DNA of 63,986 nucleotides, counting the filler, from Octopus bimaculoides (Eukaryota): assembly GCF_001194135.2 (NCBI RefSeq). It is 6 parts of 4 records of this genome, joined end to end, with 100 filler letters (N's around TTAATTAATTAA, not from the genome) between each part and the next. Parts side by side here need not be neighbours in the genome. Positions count along the whole stretch, not along the records: positions 17,109 to 29,238 come from NC_068981.1; positions 29,339 to 34,789 come from NC_068987.1; positions 34,890 to 46,243 come from NC_068985.1; 3 more parts are not named here. One strand, written 5' to 3'. The position numbers were made by a program, and so were the translations under genes. Below are positions 22,621-35,479 of this stretch, piece after piece. The notes below the pieces were generated by a model that was not told where the DNA came from, searched no databases, and saw nothing but the letters and a program-made list of their open reading frames with translations. Position 1 is the first letter of the stretch; every line of letters starts with the position of its first letter.

Positions 22621-23972
22621 AAAACTTTTCAAAGCTCATGCTGATCATTGAATTAATAAATTTAAAATCAATGGCAATCCACCTTGTAACTGTGATAGAC
22701 AAGCATTGGAGAAATGTGTAATCAGTAAATTATCAAATTTGAAGTGCTTGAAACAGAAAAATAAAATCTACTCTCCTTATATTATCAATGAAGCTTTTGT
22801 CATGCACATCATGAGGCAGCTACAATTTGCATTGCAATCACAATCACAAAGTGCCTTTGTGCTTGTGTTTGTCCCCCAATTTAGAAATCTGAAACAGTCA
22901 TTGACAAACACAAAAACATTAAGACAGCATCCCAGGTGTAAAATATGAAGTTTTCAAAAAGAAACAACAGTAAATTTGAAAAAAGCATACATGCAAAATA
23001 ACAAACAAACAAAAAACTCACTAACATATATGAAGTTTAGCAATGAAACTAAATTCAAAGATTGATCTCATTACACACTGATAATCAACAATCCTCTTTA
23101 GCGTGACACTGTTTATGACATCAGTGAACATGAAAAGATAAACAAGGCAAAAATTGAAACACTTAAGCCAACAATAGAAAGACTATTTTTAGAATATCCC
23201 TGGGAACTCCCAATCATTACCAACAAACCTATAGAATCTTTTATAATTTACAAACAGAATATTGAGGTGTGTAACTTCACAGCAGATAGATTAAAGAGGC
23301 TGACAAAAACCAAAAAGGAAAAACTCTGAGTTGAACCACTGTACCTGTCCCTTGACGTTTAAGACTTCTACAACTGTGCAATTCAGTTTATAATCAAATC
23401 TCAATCAATAAATGGACTAAATGCAGTATCCTCCTTATTCCTAAAAAAAGTGACAGAGAAACCCGTATGTGTGTGTGTGTGTGCACGCATGTGAGTGTGT
23501 GTGTGTGTATGTGTGTGCACGCATGTGAGTGTGTGTGTGTATTTGTCTGTCTGTCTGTGCATCTGTATCTATGTGTGTCTGTATGCGTGTCTGTGTGTGT
23601 CCACATATGTGTGTAAATATTGGTATTTCACAGCTTTGGTTGTCTGAGTGAAATGGTATATGATGATTACATTCCTTGTTGGCCTTAAGTGGTCACTTTC
23701 AAAAGTTACCAAGGTTGATTTTGCCTTTCATCCTTTTAGGGCCTATAAACTAAATACCAGTTGCACACTGAGGTCAATGAGAATACCTCACCCACCCCAT
23801 AAAAAATTCTGGCCTTGTGCTCATAATAGAAAACATTATGAGTGGGCACTCTGCACCTTTGAAGACAAATAGAATAAAAAAATCCATCACTTGAATAACA
23901 GGTGATAGGAAAAGGCAACCTCAAAAGAAGTCCCTGTCCAATTTATGCTAGTATGAAAAAAACGGTCATTAA

Positions 23973-24190
23973 CTCTTTAGCATTTAAAATGGCCATATCC
24001 AACACCAAATATTCTACCTGTTTTACATGCAAACTGATTAGATTTTTACCTCTTACACTTACCCTACAATGTCATTGTAAAAATAATCATATCACTGAAA
24101 TCTTAAAATTACAAGATAATGCATGATTTATTCAAAACAATGTGAATGAATAAGCATTACATTTGACAGAGTAATCTGAATGCCAAAGGG
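23973..24190. mobile_element. Probable piggyBac-type MITE
   Basis: Left TTAA-CTCTTTAGCATT; right AATGCCAAAGGG (reverse complement CCCTTTGGCATT). The right TTAA is decayed to ATGA. Confidence 0.55.
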
Positions 24191-24254
24191 ATGAATAAAT
24201 AAACAAACAAATTTCCTGTAGTTATTTAGGCTCCAATTCTTTTATAAAAGCTTC

Positions 24255-24607
24255 GAGTGGCTGTGTGGTAAGTAGCTTGCTTACCAACCACATGGTTCTG
24301 GGTTCAGTCCCACTGTGTGGCACCTTGGGCAAGTGTCTTCTACTATATATATATANNNNNNNNNNNNNNNNNNNNNNNNNNNNNNNNNNNNNNNNNNNNN
24401 NNNNNNNNNNNNNNNNNNNNNNNNNNNNNNNNNNNNNNGATGCTGGTGTGTTTATGTCCCCGTCACTTAGCGGTTCGGCAAAAAGAGACCGATAGAATAA
24501 GTACTAGGCTTACAAAGAATAAGTCCCGGGGTCGATTTGCTCGACTAAAGGCGGTGCTCCAGCATGGCCGCAGTCAAATGACTGAAACAAGTAAAAGAGT
24601 AAAAGAG
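24255..24607 (+). mobile_element. SINE family A
   Basis: Head, body and GAGTAAAA tail as at 716-1137; gap falls in the internal microsatellite. Confidence 0.9.
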
Positions 24608-24634
24608 AAACCATTATTTAATTTTAATTTCTTC

Positions 24635-25690
24635 ATCAGGTGCAGAAAACAGCTTCCATCACATGCTAGGGGGGAAAACTAGAAGTAGTTGATAGCTTCT
24701 GTTACCTAGGTGACCAAGTCAGTAGTAGGGGTGGATGCTCTGAGAGTGTAGCTGCTAGAATAAGAATAGCCTGGGCAAAGTTCAGAGAGCTCCTACCTCT
24801 ACTGGTGACAAAGAGCCTTTTAATCAGAGTAAAACTGTATGACTGTACGATGCATGTGTGCAAACCACCATGCTACATAGCAGTGTAACATGGGCTTTGA
24901 CTGCTGAGGACATATGTAAGTTTGCAAAGAATGAAGCTATTATGATCCACTGGATGTGTAATATCAGTGTGCATGCACAACAGAGTGTAAGCACCCTGAA
25001 AGAAAAGTTGGGCATAAGAAGCATCAGATGTGGTGTGCAAGAGAGACAACTGTGCTGGTATAGTCATGTGTTGCATATGGATGAGGACAGCTGTGTAAAA
25101 ATGTGCCACACCTTAGCAGTAGAGGGAACCTGTGGAAGACGTAGACTCAGGAAGATTTGGCATGAGGTGTTGAAGCCCGACCTTTGAATGTTGGGCCTCA
25201 TGGAGGTGATGACAAGTGACCAAGAGCTTTGGAGATATGCTGTGCTTGAGAAGACCCAGCAAGCCAAGTGAGACCTTAACCATGGCCTATGCCAGTGCAG
25301 CATAACTAGCCCATTTAAGTGTACCTTTCAATCTTTGGGAAATAAACTATGCTTGCAAAGACCTGTTTAGTCAAGTGAAGTCATTGTCATGGCCGATGAC
25401 AGTACCGCCTGATTAGCACCGATGCCGGTGGCATGTAAAAAGCACCGTTCAAGTGTGGTCAATGCCAGTACTGCCTGACTGGCCATCATGCTGGTAGCAC
25501 ATAAAAAGCCCCACTACACTCTTGGAGTAGTTGGCATTAGGATGGGCATTCAGCTGTAGAAACTTTGCCAGATCAGATTGGAGCCTGGTGCAGCCTTCTG
25601 ACTTGCCAGCCCTCGGTCAAACTGTCTAACCCATGCCAGCATGGAAAGCGGACATTAAACGACGACGATGATGATGATGAGGATGATGAT
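24635..25690 (+). mobile_element. 5'-truncated, decayed RTE-clade LINE (ORF2 C-terminus plus 3' UTR and (GAT)n tail)
   Basis: KLEVVDSFCYLGDQVSSRGGCSESVAARIRIAWAKFRELLPLL / MLHSSVTWAL...RQLCWYSHVLHMDEDSCVK...GRRRLRKIWHEVLKPDL*; stop at about 25271. Same family as 20261-21427. Confidence 0.9.
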
Positions 25691-26597
25691 GCTCTATTGC
25701 TAACTATAGCCTTGTTTTAGTGATTTTATATACAACCTGAATAGCTGTACATTGCTTTTCATAAATAAAGCATAACGTTTTATTAATTTTTTAATATTTT
25801 TATATAAATCCACAAATGCAAAATGATGGTATGTTTCTCTTTTAAATGTCTCAACAAGAATTTTCTATTTTTAAGCTCAATTCAAATTCAAAATTAACTT
25901 CTAGCTATGCTAAAACACTCTCCCAATCACATTTAATACAGTTTTCACTTAATTTTCAATTTTGGAATTGTTTTCCTCAAGTCATTCATCATGGAAATTA
26001 ATAATAATAATGTTGAGCCAATAGTTAAGAAAAATGCCTTTCAACATGATCTTTATAGCTAAATGAGTAATTATTATTGCAAGGCATTGTAAAACTGTCA
26101 CCACATCAGTCATTATTATTTCTGTTATTTCGCTGTTTTTTTTTTCCCCCTCAGGCTACATGTCATTAATCACCTAACAATTCCTCTTGACTAATTTCTA
26201 TAGATTATTTTGATTTCATTTATTGCTTTAATATTTTTTATTGAAAAAAAAAAAAAAAAAAGAAAAAAAGAAATACTAATAGGTCCATACTTCTTTCATT
26301 TTAACAAAAATGTGTTCAAATCATTACGTCCAACACCCACCCAAATGGAATATTGCATTTCCTGAAAAACTACTTAATAATTACATATTTTTCACAATTT
26401 TCCTTTTATCTCTCATTATCTTCTCAACTGTGCTATTTCATTATTATCTTTTCCGCTCAGTTTAATCTTTGCTTGAGGTACAAACTTCATCTATGATTCA
26501 CACTACCTTGTCTGTTAAGAGTTTCACCCAGCAGTTGTTGACTATACATATTGCATGTCGATATTATTGCATCTTGCCTCACCTAAACACACTTGCT

Positions 26598-27212
26598 CAA
26601 GCCAGCCAGGGAATCTCTAAATAGTCACTCACACTGCTAGAAATAACAGTTTTTCTTTTTTTTTTTTTTGTTAAATCCCCACAAGTTAAAGTCTAAGATT
26701 ACATTTGGATGACATAAATCCTTTCTACTATAGGCACAAGGCCTGACATTTTTGGAGAGGAGACCAGTCGATTACATTGACCCCAGTGTGTAACTGGTAC
26801 TTAATTTATCAACTCCAAGAGGATGAAAGGCAAAGTCGACCCTGGCGGTATTTGAACTCAGAACAAGATGATAAATGAAATACTGTTAAGCATTTTTCCC
26901 AGCATTTGGATAACGAATACATGGAAAAAAAGACAGGATGGTCATTGCTTGAAATTTTTTTGGTCAGAGCTGACTTGGACTAAACATTAAGAATAATACA
27001 CAAGCCAGCCAGGAAATCTCTATGTAGTCACTCAGACTGCTAGAAATAAGAGCTACTTTTTTCTATGTTAAATCGCTACAAGCTGAAATCTAAGATTACA
27101 TTTGATTACATAGATACCTGGAAAAAAGACAGGATGTTCATGGCTGGAATGCTTTTGATGATAGGCCTTCTTTATCAGGGCTGACTTGGACTAAACATTA
27201 AGAATAATACAC
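26598..27212 (+). repeat. Tandem duplication of a family F unit; first unit interrupted by a family B SINE (about 26719-26905, -)
   Basis: CAAGCCAGCCAGG...GACTAAACATTAAGAATAATACA occurs twice (26598-27000 and 27001-27212). Confidence 0.75.
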
Positions 27213-27438
27213 ATTAGATGGTGTCTTCAACACACCATTTTTACCTGTCAGATTTTTCCTACTGCATTTTTACATTCAAAAAATCTTATTCAACCTACTC
27301 CTTTTCAGTTTTTAAAAATTTTCCATAACTAACCCAACCCTTTTGATGCCAGCTCACCTGAGATTTTCCTGGGTTCTATGATAAAAATTCCTGTTTAAAG
27401 TGATCTAAGTTAAAACTTTCTAACAAAATTTTAGATAA

Positions 27439-28071
27439 AATAATAATGAATTATTGTGTATAGTGCTCAGGTGAACTACAATTTATCAAAAGTGCATGTA
27501 CAGTACATAGAATTATGCACAATAGTCAGGAAAGTGAACAGTTTGTGAGTCATGATATACATGTGTGCATGCGTATGAAAGGTGGGGGATATCAGGTGTA
27601 GTGTTGGCAAATTTCAGGAAGCATGGAGGTTTTAAAGGATGCAATGTCTTGGCAACTAACAAATGATGCAGGCAGTTTGTTCCATGCCTCAACAACTCTG
27701 AGTGTGAAAAAATGTTTTCAAAAGTCATGGGAGTTGTCCTGTGCTCTGATTTTGCAGGCATACCTACATGAGTTAGACACATGGAACTCAAAAAAGTGTT
27801 CAAGGTGGTTGTTGGCACGATTGTTAATAATTTTGTGGGTGTTTACTAAGTCAGTTGCCAGACGTCGGAGCTTCAATGTATCTATGCTCAGAGAAGCAAG
27901 GCATTCAGAGTATGGTAGATGCAGATGGAGGGTATTCGCTTGGTTGCATATCTCTGAACAGTTTTCAGGAAGTCAATGTTCTCAGCAAGATAGGGGTTCC
28001 AGACAGGTCAGGCAAATTATAAGTGTTGCTGCACCATAGCCATATACAGCTTTAAATAGATAGCTGGAGAT
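27439..28071 (-). mobile_element. CR1-type LINE 3' end (ORF2 C-terminus and 3' UTR)
   Basis: YLKLYMAMVQQHL*FA*PVWNPYLAENIDFLKTVQRYATKRIP / LPYSECLASLSIDTLKLRRLATDL...HFFTLRVVEAWNKLPASFVSCQDIASFK. Confidence 0.9.
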
Positions 28072-28414
28072 TATGCTGTAAACACTGGTTTTATAATTGA
28101 ACCAGTCCATGTGTTATCAATATTGGCATAATGACTCTCCCAAAACACATCAAAATTTAATAGTAATGTTATTTTACTAAATTCTTCATTATTTAAAAAA
28201 AATTGACTTAAACAAAAGTGCAGACTTTGCTGTATGGTTAAGAAGTTTGTTTTGCAACCACGAGATTTCAGATTCAGTCCCATTGTGTGTGGTACCATGA
28301 GCAAATGTCATCTATTATAGCCCCAGGCCAACCAATGCCTTGTTAGTGAATTTAGTAGATGGAAACCATATGGAGGTATGTTGTGTGTGTGTGTGTGTGT
28401 GTGTNNNNNNNNNN

Positions 28415-29238
28415 AGTGCTGTGGACAGACTATAGTTAAGCTCCAGGTTCGGTGATTATGCAAATGAGGAGTCCAAGGTAGGTCATATATCAGCATGTAT
28501 ATATATAAACAAAATTAACAGAAGGAAATAAAAATCCAAGGTTGTGAAAGATTTTAGAACATTTATAAATAGAAGTTCTTATAGCTGTTTCCGGGATATT
28601 TTATATATCCCTTCATTGGAGACAGTGTGAGAAAATGGTTAAGCAATAGTTAATTTAGATAAGATATGAAATAGAGAGTGAAGTGGAGGAATGAAAATAG
28701 ATGTGAGATATGCAGGGATATTGCATCTGGAGATCCATTATTTAGGCAGAATGGTATGCATATAAGATTCCAATACCTTGTGAGTAAGTTCCAATAACAT
28801 TTAAAATTGGTCATTCCAAGTATAGAGTTTGTACACAGTGTTCTCGAATCGAGGGTTTTATTCAATAACACTGTGTACAAACTCTATACTTGGAATGACC
28901 AATTTTAAATATAATTGGAACTTACTCACAAGGTATTGGAATTTTATATGTATACCATTCTGCTTAAAAAATGGATCTACAAATGCAATATATAAAATAT
29001 CCCGGAAACAGCTGTAAGGCCTTCTATTTACAAATGTTCTAAAATCTTTCACACACTTGGATTTTTATCTCATTCTGAAAATTTTTATTTATATATATAT
29101 AAATAAAAATTTTCAGAATGAGATAAAAATCCAAGTGTGTGAAAGATTTTAGAACATTTGTAAATAGAAGGCCTTACAGCTGTTTCCGGGATATTTTATA
29201 TATTGCATTTGTAGATCCATTTTTTAAGCAGAATGGTA
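28415..29238. mobile_element. Family H repeat in inverted arrangement: minus copy 28415-28862, plus copy 28867-29095, mirror copy 29096-29238
   Basis: Decayed hammerhead at 28577-28623 (-): GTCT CCAATGA A GGGATAT ATAAA ATATCCC G GAAA CAGCTA TA AGA. 3' half-motif ATATCCCGGAAACAGCTGTAAGG at about 28997-29019 (+). Confidence 0.75.
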
Positions 29239-29338
29239 NNNNNNNNNNNNNNNNNNNNNNNNNNNNNNNNNNNNNNNNNNNNTTAATTAATTAANNNNNN
29301 NNNNNNNNNNNNNNNNNNNNNNNNNNNNNNNNNNNNNN
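29239..29338. other. Artificial spacer N44-TTAATTAATTAA-N44
   Basis: Direct reading. Confidence 0.97.
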
Positions 29339-29403
<65 letters not shown>

Positions 29404-30011
29404 CGCGTGTATGTGTGTTTGTACATGGACGTGTGTTCATGTGTATGTCTGTATCAACAACTTCCACATAAGTACAAAATACAAAATGAACTTTATGGAA
29501 TCGCATAGTCCAGCGTTGATATAAATTTCAAAGTTTGTGACAGATTAATTCTCAAATCCTGTACAAGCGACCTGCTACATACATACATACATGCATACAT
29601 ACATACATACATATATATACACACATTTACATATGTATGTATGTAGTACTTACGTAAGTATGTATGTTTGTATGTATGTACGTATGCGTGTTTGTATGCA
29701 TGTATACATACATGCATGTGTACATACATGCATATATATATATGTATGTATGTATTTACATATATAAATAAAACATATACATATTATATATATATATATA
29801 TATATACACATGTAGATAGATAGATAGATAGATACATATACATGTATATATTATATATGTGTAAGCACAAAACCACGTATGCACGTGAACATACTCAGAC
29901 ACATATATCAGGTACTCCCGAGATATTCACCCATTAAGTTAAGACCTAAGAAGTTTTCATCATCTTAACTGCCCAACTTAATATATAACAAAGTATGTCA
30001 TGATATTATCA

Positions 30012-30062
<51 letters not shown>

Positions 30063-30490
30063 ACAAACACACACATAGACACACATGTATGTACACACAC
30101 ACACACACATATATATACATGTATGTGTGATGTATGTGCAATGAAATTATAATATAATTATATACACGCATACATACATCTATAGATTTTGCATTCGCAT
30201 ACATACACTGACACCACGCATATATAAATATACATGGAATATATATCTTAAAAAATTCATAACTATATATAATTATGCGTATATGTAAATATATATACGC
30301 AAGCAAATACATTCATATATTACACATATCCAAATTCATACATATAAATAAATACACATATACATATATATACATGCACACATCGATAGACATGCATATA
30401 AATATACATATAAATATACGTATACATACGTACATACATACACATATACGTATACATGCACACACGTTCATACACACATGTATAAACACA
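29339..30490. repeat. (TG)n, (TACA)n, (TAGA)n, (CA)n and degenerate TA/CA simple repeats
   Basis: Direct reading. Confidence 0.9.
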
Positions 30491-31319
30491 GAGAGTGTAT
30501 ATAAAGCTTCTTTATTGAACCAAATTGTTTTATTCACTGTTTTATTCCTCTCCTTAAATTTGAAGTATTTCTGTTAAGAATCTATTTTGAGAGAAAAGCT
30601 ATTGATCAAATTGTCTTTCTATGTGTTTCATAACCAGCCTAATATTATGTTTCTTCCCCAAATAGTACAACATATTCACTTCTCTCTATTGTTCCCAACT
30701 TAATAGGAAGTTATTAATGCATAAAACAAAACTAAATTTAGTTTTGTATGTATTTCCAATTCAGCACAAATTGAACTTTCTTTTATAATTCCTGGCTTGG
30801 TCAGAGGTAGAGGTTTCGTAATCATAACTATTTTGTAGGGATAATGAAAATGTTGGGGGGGGGGGGAAAGAGAAGAGCTATTGCATTTTTTCGCATACAA
30901 GTCGAAATTTTTAGACTAAAATTAGCATCAATAAAAATTGTAGGTCGACTTATACACCAAAACAACTTCGGATGAACGAAATTTTATGCGAAATGCAGTA
31001 GGATTTAAAACGATAGTGACACTATTTGAATGTTTACACTACGTGCTTGCACTATAATACAACATAGACTTGTATGCCTGAAAATAAAATAGTTATAGAC
31101 TGGTTACCTGTTGGTGATGTTAAATCGGGTGACTAATTGAGACTAGTTTTCTTTCGTGTTTTCCGTGGAAGAACTCGTCCAAGACTACTGACTTATCGAC
31201 GACGCGGATTCCAATTGATCCGATCAACAGAACAACCTGCTCGTGAAATTAATGTGCAAGTGGCTGAGCACTCCACAGGTGCGCGTATCCCTTAACATAA
31301 TTCTCTTAACGTAATTCTA

Positions 31320-31780
31320 ATCCTTTCTAGTGTAGGAACAAGGCCTGAAATTTAGGGGGAGGGATTAAATCAAACATATAGACCCCAATACTTAACTGAT
31401 ACTTAATTAATCGACCCCGAAAGGATGAAAAGCAAAGTAGACCTCGACGGAATTTGAACTCAAAACGTAGCGACAGGCGAAATGCCGCTAAGTATTTCGT
31501 CCAGCACGCTAACGTTTCTGCCAATTAGCTGCCTTAACTGATATTAAAATAATAGAAGACATGAAGGCGGAGATCTGGCAGAATCGTTATCACGCCGGAC
31601 AAAATGCTTAGCGGCATTTCGTCCGTCTTTACGTTCTGAGTTCAAATTCCGCCGCAGTCGACTTTGTCTTTCATCATTTCAGGGTTGATAAAATAAGTTC
31701 TGTATGAATACTGGAGTCGAAGTAATCGACGTATCCCTCCCCCGAAATTGCAGGCCTTGTGTCAAAATTTGAAATTAAAA
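31320..31780. mobile_element. Head-to-head pair of family B SINEs (31320-31537 -, 31565-31780 +), preceded by a family C tail at about 31205-31300 (-)
   Basis: Diagnostic family motifs on opposite strands. Confidence 0.85.
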
Positions 31781-32222
31781 TAATAGAAAATATCTACGTA
31801 AGAAGTCGCAGAGTGTGATCGAACCCATGAACAAAGGTGCTGATTCAGCACACTTCTTAACAGCCTCACCATGCATGTTGAAAAATAGCAATACATTTCA
31901 AATTTTGCTGTACCGCCCCCTTACATTACTTACGCATGAAAAACGATTTTAAGAAAAGATTAGGCGATAGACTAATCAATACCAGCTGTTTCATGCGCGA
32001 GACATTACGTTAATTTAAATGTAAAAATAAATTTGACCTGACTAACCGGAACACCTGTTGAAGAGATATTTCTTCGCTTTCTTTTTATATTGCAAAGATT
32101 TCAAATACTGCTGGGGGTTGTGGTGGAGCGATTGTCTGTTATATTTTGTTTACACGTAGCTCAAGCGAAAAAAATCTCGATCAGCCTGTTTCTTTCTCTA
32201 TCTTTTTCGTTTCTTCCATATA

Positions 32223-32468
32223 CAGCAATCCCTTGCTATATCGCGGTTTGCCTATCGCGGTTCACCTATGTTCACCTATCGCGGTTTATTATTTAAGCTT
32301 ACGTCGATTCCTCCGCGGTGTTGTTTCGTATTTATAATAAAATCGATATATACAAATTATAAAAATAATAAAAAAGATATACAGTACAGTACTGTTTCTA
32401 CTTCGCGGATTTTCACCTATCGCGGTGTGTTTTGGAACGTAACACCCGCGATAATCGAGGGATTTCTG
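32223..32468. mobile_element. Tigger/pogo-type MITE (about 246 bp) with TA target duplication
   Basis: Left TA-CAGCAATCCCTTGCTATATCGCGG; right CCGCGATAATCGAGGGATTTCTG-TA. Internal repeats of TTCACCTATCGCGG. Confidence 0.8.
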
Positions 32469-32479
32469 TACATACTTCT

Positions 32480-32690
32480 TTCTACTATAAGTACAAAGCC
32501 CGAAATTTTGTGTGTTGGGGATGGGGATTACATCGACCCCAGTGTTTCACTGGTATTTAATTTATCGACCATAAAAAGATGAAAGGTAAAGTCGACCTCG
32601 GCGGAATTTGAACTCAGAACGTTAGCGGTAGATGAAATAGCGCTAAGCATTTCGCCCGGCGTGCTAACGACTCTGCCAGCTCACGGCCTT
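32480..32690 (-). mobile_element. SINE family B
   Basis: Reverse complement of the family B consensus. Confidence 0.85.
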
Positions 32691-33034
32691 GGATTAATGT
32701 CGATAATAGCGAAGGCGTGTGGCTAAGTGGTTAATCTATTGGACTTACGATTACAAGGTCGTAGGTAAGAATCGTGGATCGATTTGCACGTTGTCTCCTT
32801 GAGGAAGGGACTTAATTTCACGTAGACGAACACTAGTCGAGTGTTAACGCAACCCTCTGTCTCTCTTCTCTTGATACATTCGGGATGTTCCGCTGAGTCG
32901 AGGTTTTGGGTCAAGATGTTCTATGTTTATTCACGGCCTTGTAGGTAATCTAAAACGATAAGCGAAAGTACAGTAACGTGTCATCAAGTTATACTGTCTT
33001 ACGACTTGTGGCTGTAGTTCAGATGAATATCATT

Positions 33035-33378
33035 TTAATAACTTTGATAGGTTTCGGCCAGTAAGTATAGGCCCAGGCCATGTCTAACTCAATAGCACCA
33101 CATGGAGAAGTCTTTTAGTCATATATGGGGTACCATAGCACACTCTAGCAAAGAGTTATTATTGTTGGAGATATATCCGGGTGGAGGAGGTGGGCCGGGA
33201 TTTTTTGAAGAAAATTGCCCAGTGAACATTTGAATTTTATGGGATTCGTTTTCGTTTTGACGTATTTTGGTATGGTATTAAAGAGAGCTGGACCGGTTGA
33301 GGTAAAGTAATTGTGACGTAATGTTGCTATGTGTACCGAGTTCGATTTTTGTAGTCGGTGGGTGGATAGCACGGAGAC
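33035..33378 (-). mobile_element. CR1/Jockey-group LINE 3' end
   Basis: TLRHNYFTSTGPALFNTIPKYVKTKTNPIKFKCSLGNFLQKIP matches the GPxLFNxxP...FKxxLDxFLxxIPD terminal motif. Confidence 0.75.
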
Positions 33379-33383
33379 TATAC

Positions 33384-33449
<66 letters not shown>

Positions 33450-34422
33450 ATGTATATATATATATATATATATAAGCGTATTTGCAGAGGTGTTACACCG
33501 CCAGATAGATTTCTTCCTGCTGTTTTATCTTTGAATTCAAATATTACCAAGTCAACTTTGCTTTGTCATCCTTCCGGAGGCGATAAATTGCCAGTCAAGT
33601 AGCGGGTTCAATCCTCTGTCTCCCTTCCTTTTTTTTTTTTTTTATTTCAACCTTGTTCTCATTCCCTGTCGGTTGCTTCATACCTGAGGAGGGTCGAGTG
33701 AGACTAAGTCCAACATCGTTCTCACAGAAATTGCTGTGATTGATTTCCCATGTGTATGTATTGTGTTTTGAAGGTTACTTACGAAAGTAAATCAAGCCAC
33801 GCCAATCTAAATAAATTATCATCAATGGTAATAGATTCAATTACTGGGTAATCAATAACTGTCGTATCTGATCAATTTCGCATCTCTTGACATTTTGACA
33901 AATATCGATTCAATTAGAACTGTAACGATTTCTACTTCAATATATGTCGGCAATTTTCGAATAGTTGTAATTCACACAAAGTCAACACAGTCTCTCCTTC
34001 TCTGTCTACCTCTGTCTTTTTCTCTCTTTCTCTCTTTCTCTCTATCTCTGTCTGTCTATCTGTCCTATCTCTCTCTCTCTTATACACACAACTCACACAG
34101 ACGCATATACTCATACACACACACATACACATATGTTTACATGTTTTGGATTACAAACGAAAAACCTGTACTCTTATGTAATAGAGAGATTTATACTTTA
34201 AACGTGCTTCTTCATAGACTTTGTGAATAACCGAACGGGTGACTCGGGGTAGCATCGAAACGAATATTCAGTAAATATTGGTAAAATAATTACCAGACTT
34301 AAGAAGATAAGTACTGAGATCGATATATCGAATATACTGGGATAATCTTAAAGGCAGTGTCCTAGCATCATCACAACATACAGAATGGAAGAAGTAAAGA
34401 GTAAAAAAATAAGGTGCATATA

Positions 34423-34780
34423 TTCTTTTACTCTTTTATTCTTTTACTTGTTTCACCGCCTTTAGTCAAACAAATCGACCCCAAGACTTATTCTTTGTAA
34501 GCCTAGTACTTATTCTACCAAGCTGCTAATTTACGGGGACGTAGACATACCAGCATCGGTTGTCAAGTGATGGTAGGGAGGGGGACAAACACAGAGACAC
34601 AAGCACACACACATATACGACGGGCTTCTTACAGTTTCCGTTTACCAAATCCATTCACAAAGCTTTGGTTGGCCCGAGGCTATAGTAGAAGACAGTTGCC
34701 CAAGGTGTCACGCAGTGGGACTGAACCCGGAACCATGTGGTTGAGAAGCAAGCTACTTACCACTCAGCCACTCCTGTGCC
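34423..34780 (-). mobile_element. SINE family A
   Basis: Reverse complement of the family A consensus. Confidence 0.85.
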
Positions 34781-34789
34781 CGTATATAT

Positions 34790-34889
34790 NNNNNNNNNNN
34801 NNNNNNNNNNNNNNNNNNNNNNNNNNNNNNNNNTTAATTAATTAANNNNNNNNNNNNNNNNNNNNNNNNNNNNNNNNNNNNNNNNNNNN
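34790..34889. other. Artificial spacer N44-TTAATTAATTAA-N44
   Basis: Direct reading. Confidence 0.97.
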
Positions 34890-35049
34890 ACTTGTTTCAG
34901 TCATTAGACTGCAGCCAACCTGAGACACTGCCTTGAAGAATTTTTAGTTGATTGAAATGATCCCTGTACTTGTTTTTCTTTTTTAAGCCTGGTACTTCGG
35001 TACTTATTCTACAGATCTCTTTTGCTGAACTGCTAATTTATGGGGATGT

Positions 35050-35089
<40 letters not shown>

Positions 35090-35237
35090 CTTCTTTCAGT
35101 CTCTGTGTACCAAATCCACTCACATGGCTTTGGTTGGCCTGAAGCTATAATAGAAGACACTCAAGGTGCTATACAGTGGGACTGAACCTGGAACCACGTG
35201 GTTGTGAAGCAAACTTCTTACCACAGAGCCACACCTA
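34890..35237 (-). mobile_element. SINE family A
   Basis: Reverse complement of the family A consensus with internal (CA)n. Confidence 0.85.
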
Positions 35238-35380
35238 TGTGGATGAAAGAGAGAGAGAGAGACAGGAGAGAAAGGAACAAGAAAAAAGAGACAGAGTGGG
35301 AAGAGAGATAGAGAAAAAGAGAGAGGGAAAGAGAGTGGGGGAAGGAGAAAGATAAAGTGAGTCTGTATTAGTTTACTTAC

Positions 35381-35479
35381 TTAAATTTCAACAGCAACCA
35401 GTTTTGCTGCAAGGCTCTTGATCTCTTCAATAAGAAGAGTTTTCTGCCTCCAGCTCTCAGGAATGCTTTCCACTCCATA
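35381..35479 (-). CDS. Last coding exon of an ADP-ribosylglycohydrolase family gene (selenoprotein J / crystallin J1-like)
   Basis: Acceptor ttcttatcctttcag, phase 0, 99 bp: YGVESIPESWRQKTLLIEEIKSLAAKLVAVEI*. Typical G.YG.e.IP..W C-terminus. Splices in frame to 44148-44287. Confidence 0.85.
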   Translation of the reverse strand, partial: YGVESIPESWRQKTLLIEEIKSLAAKLVAVEI

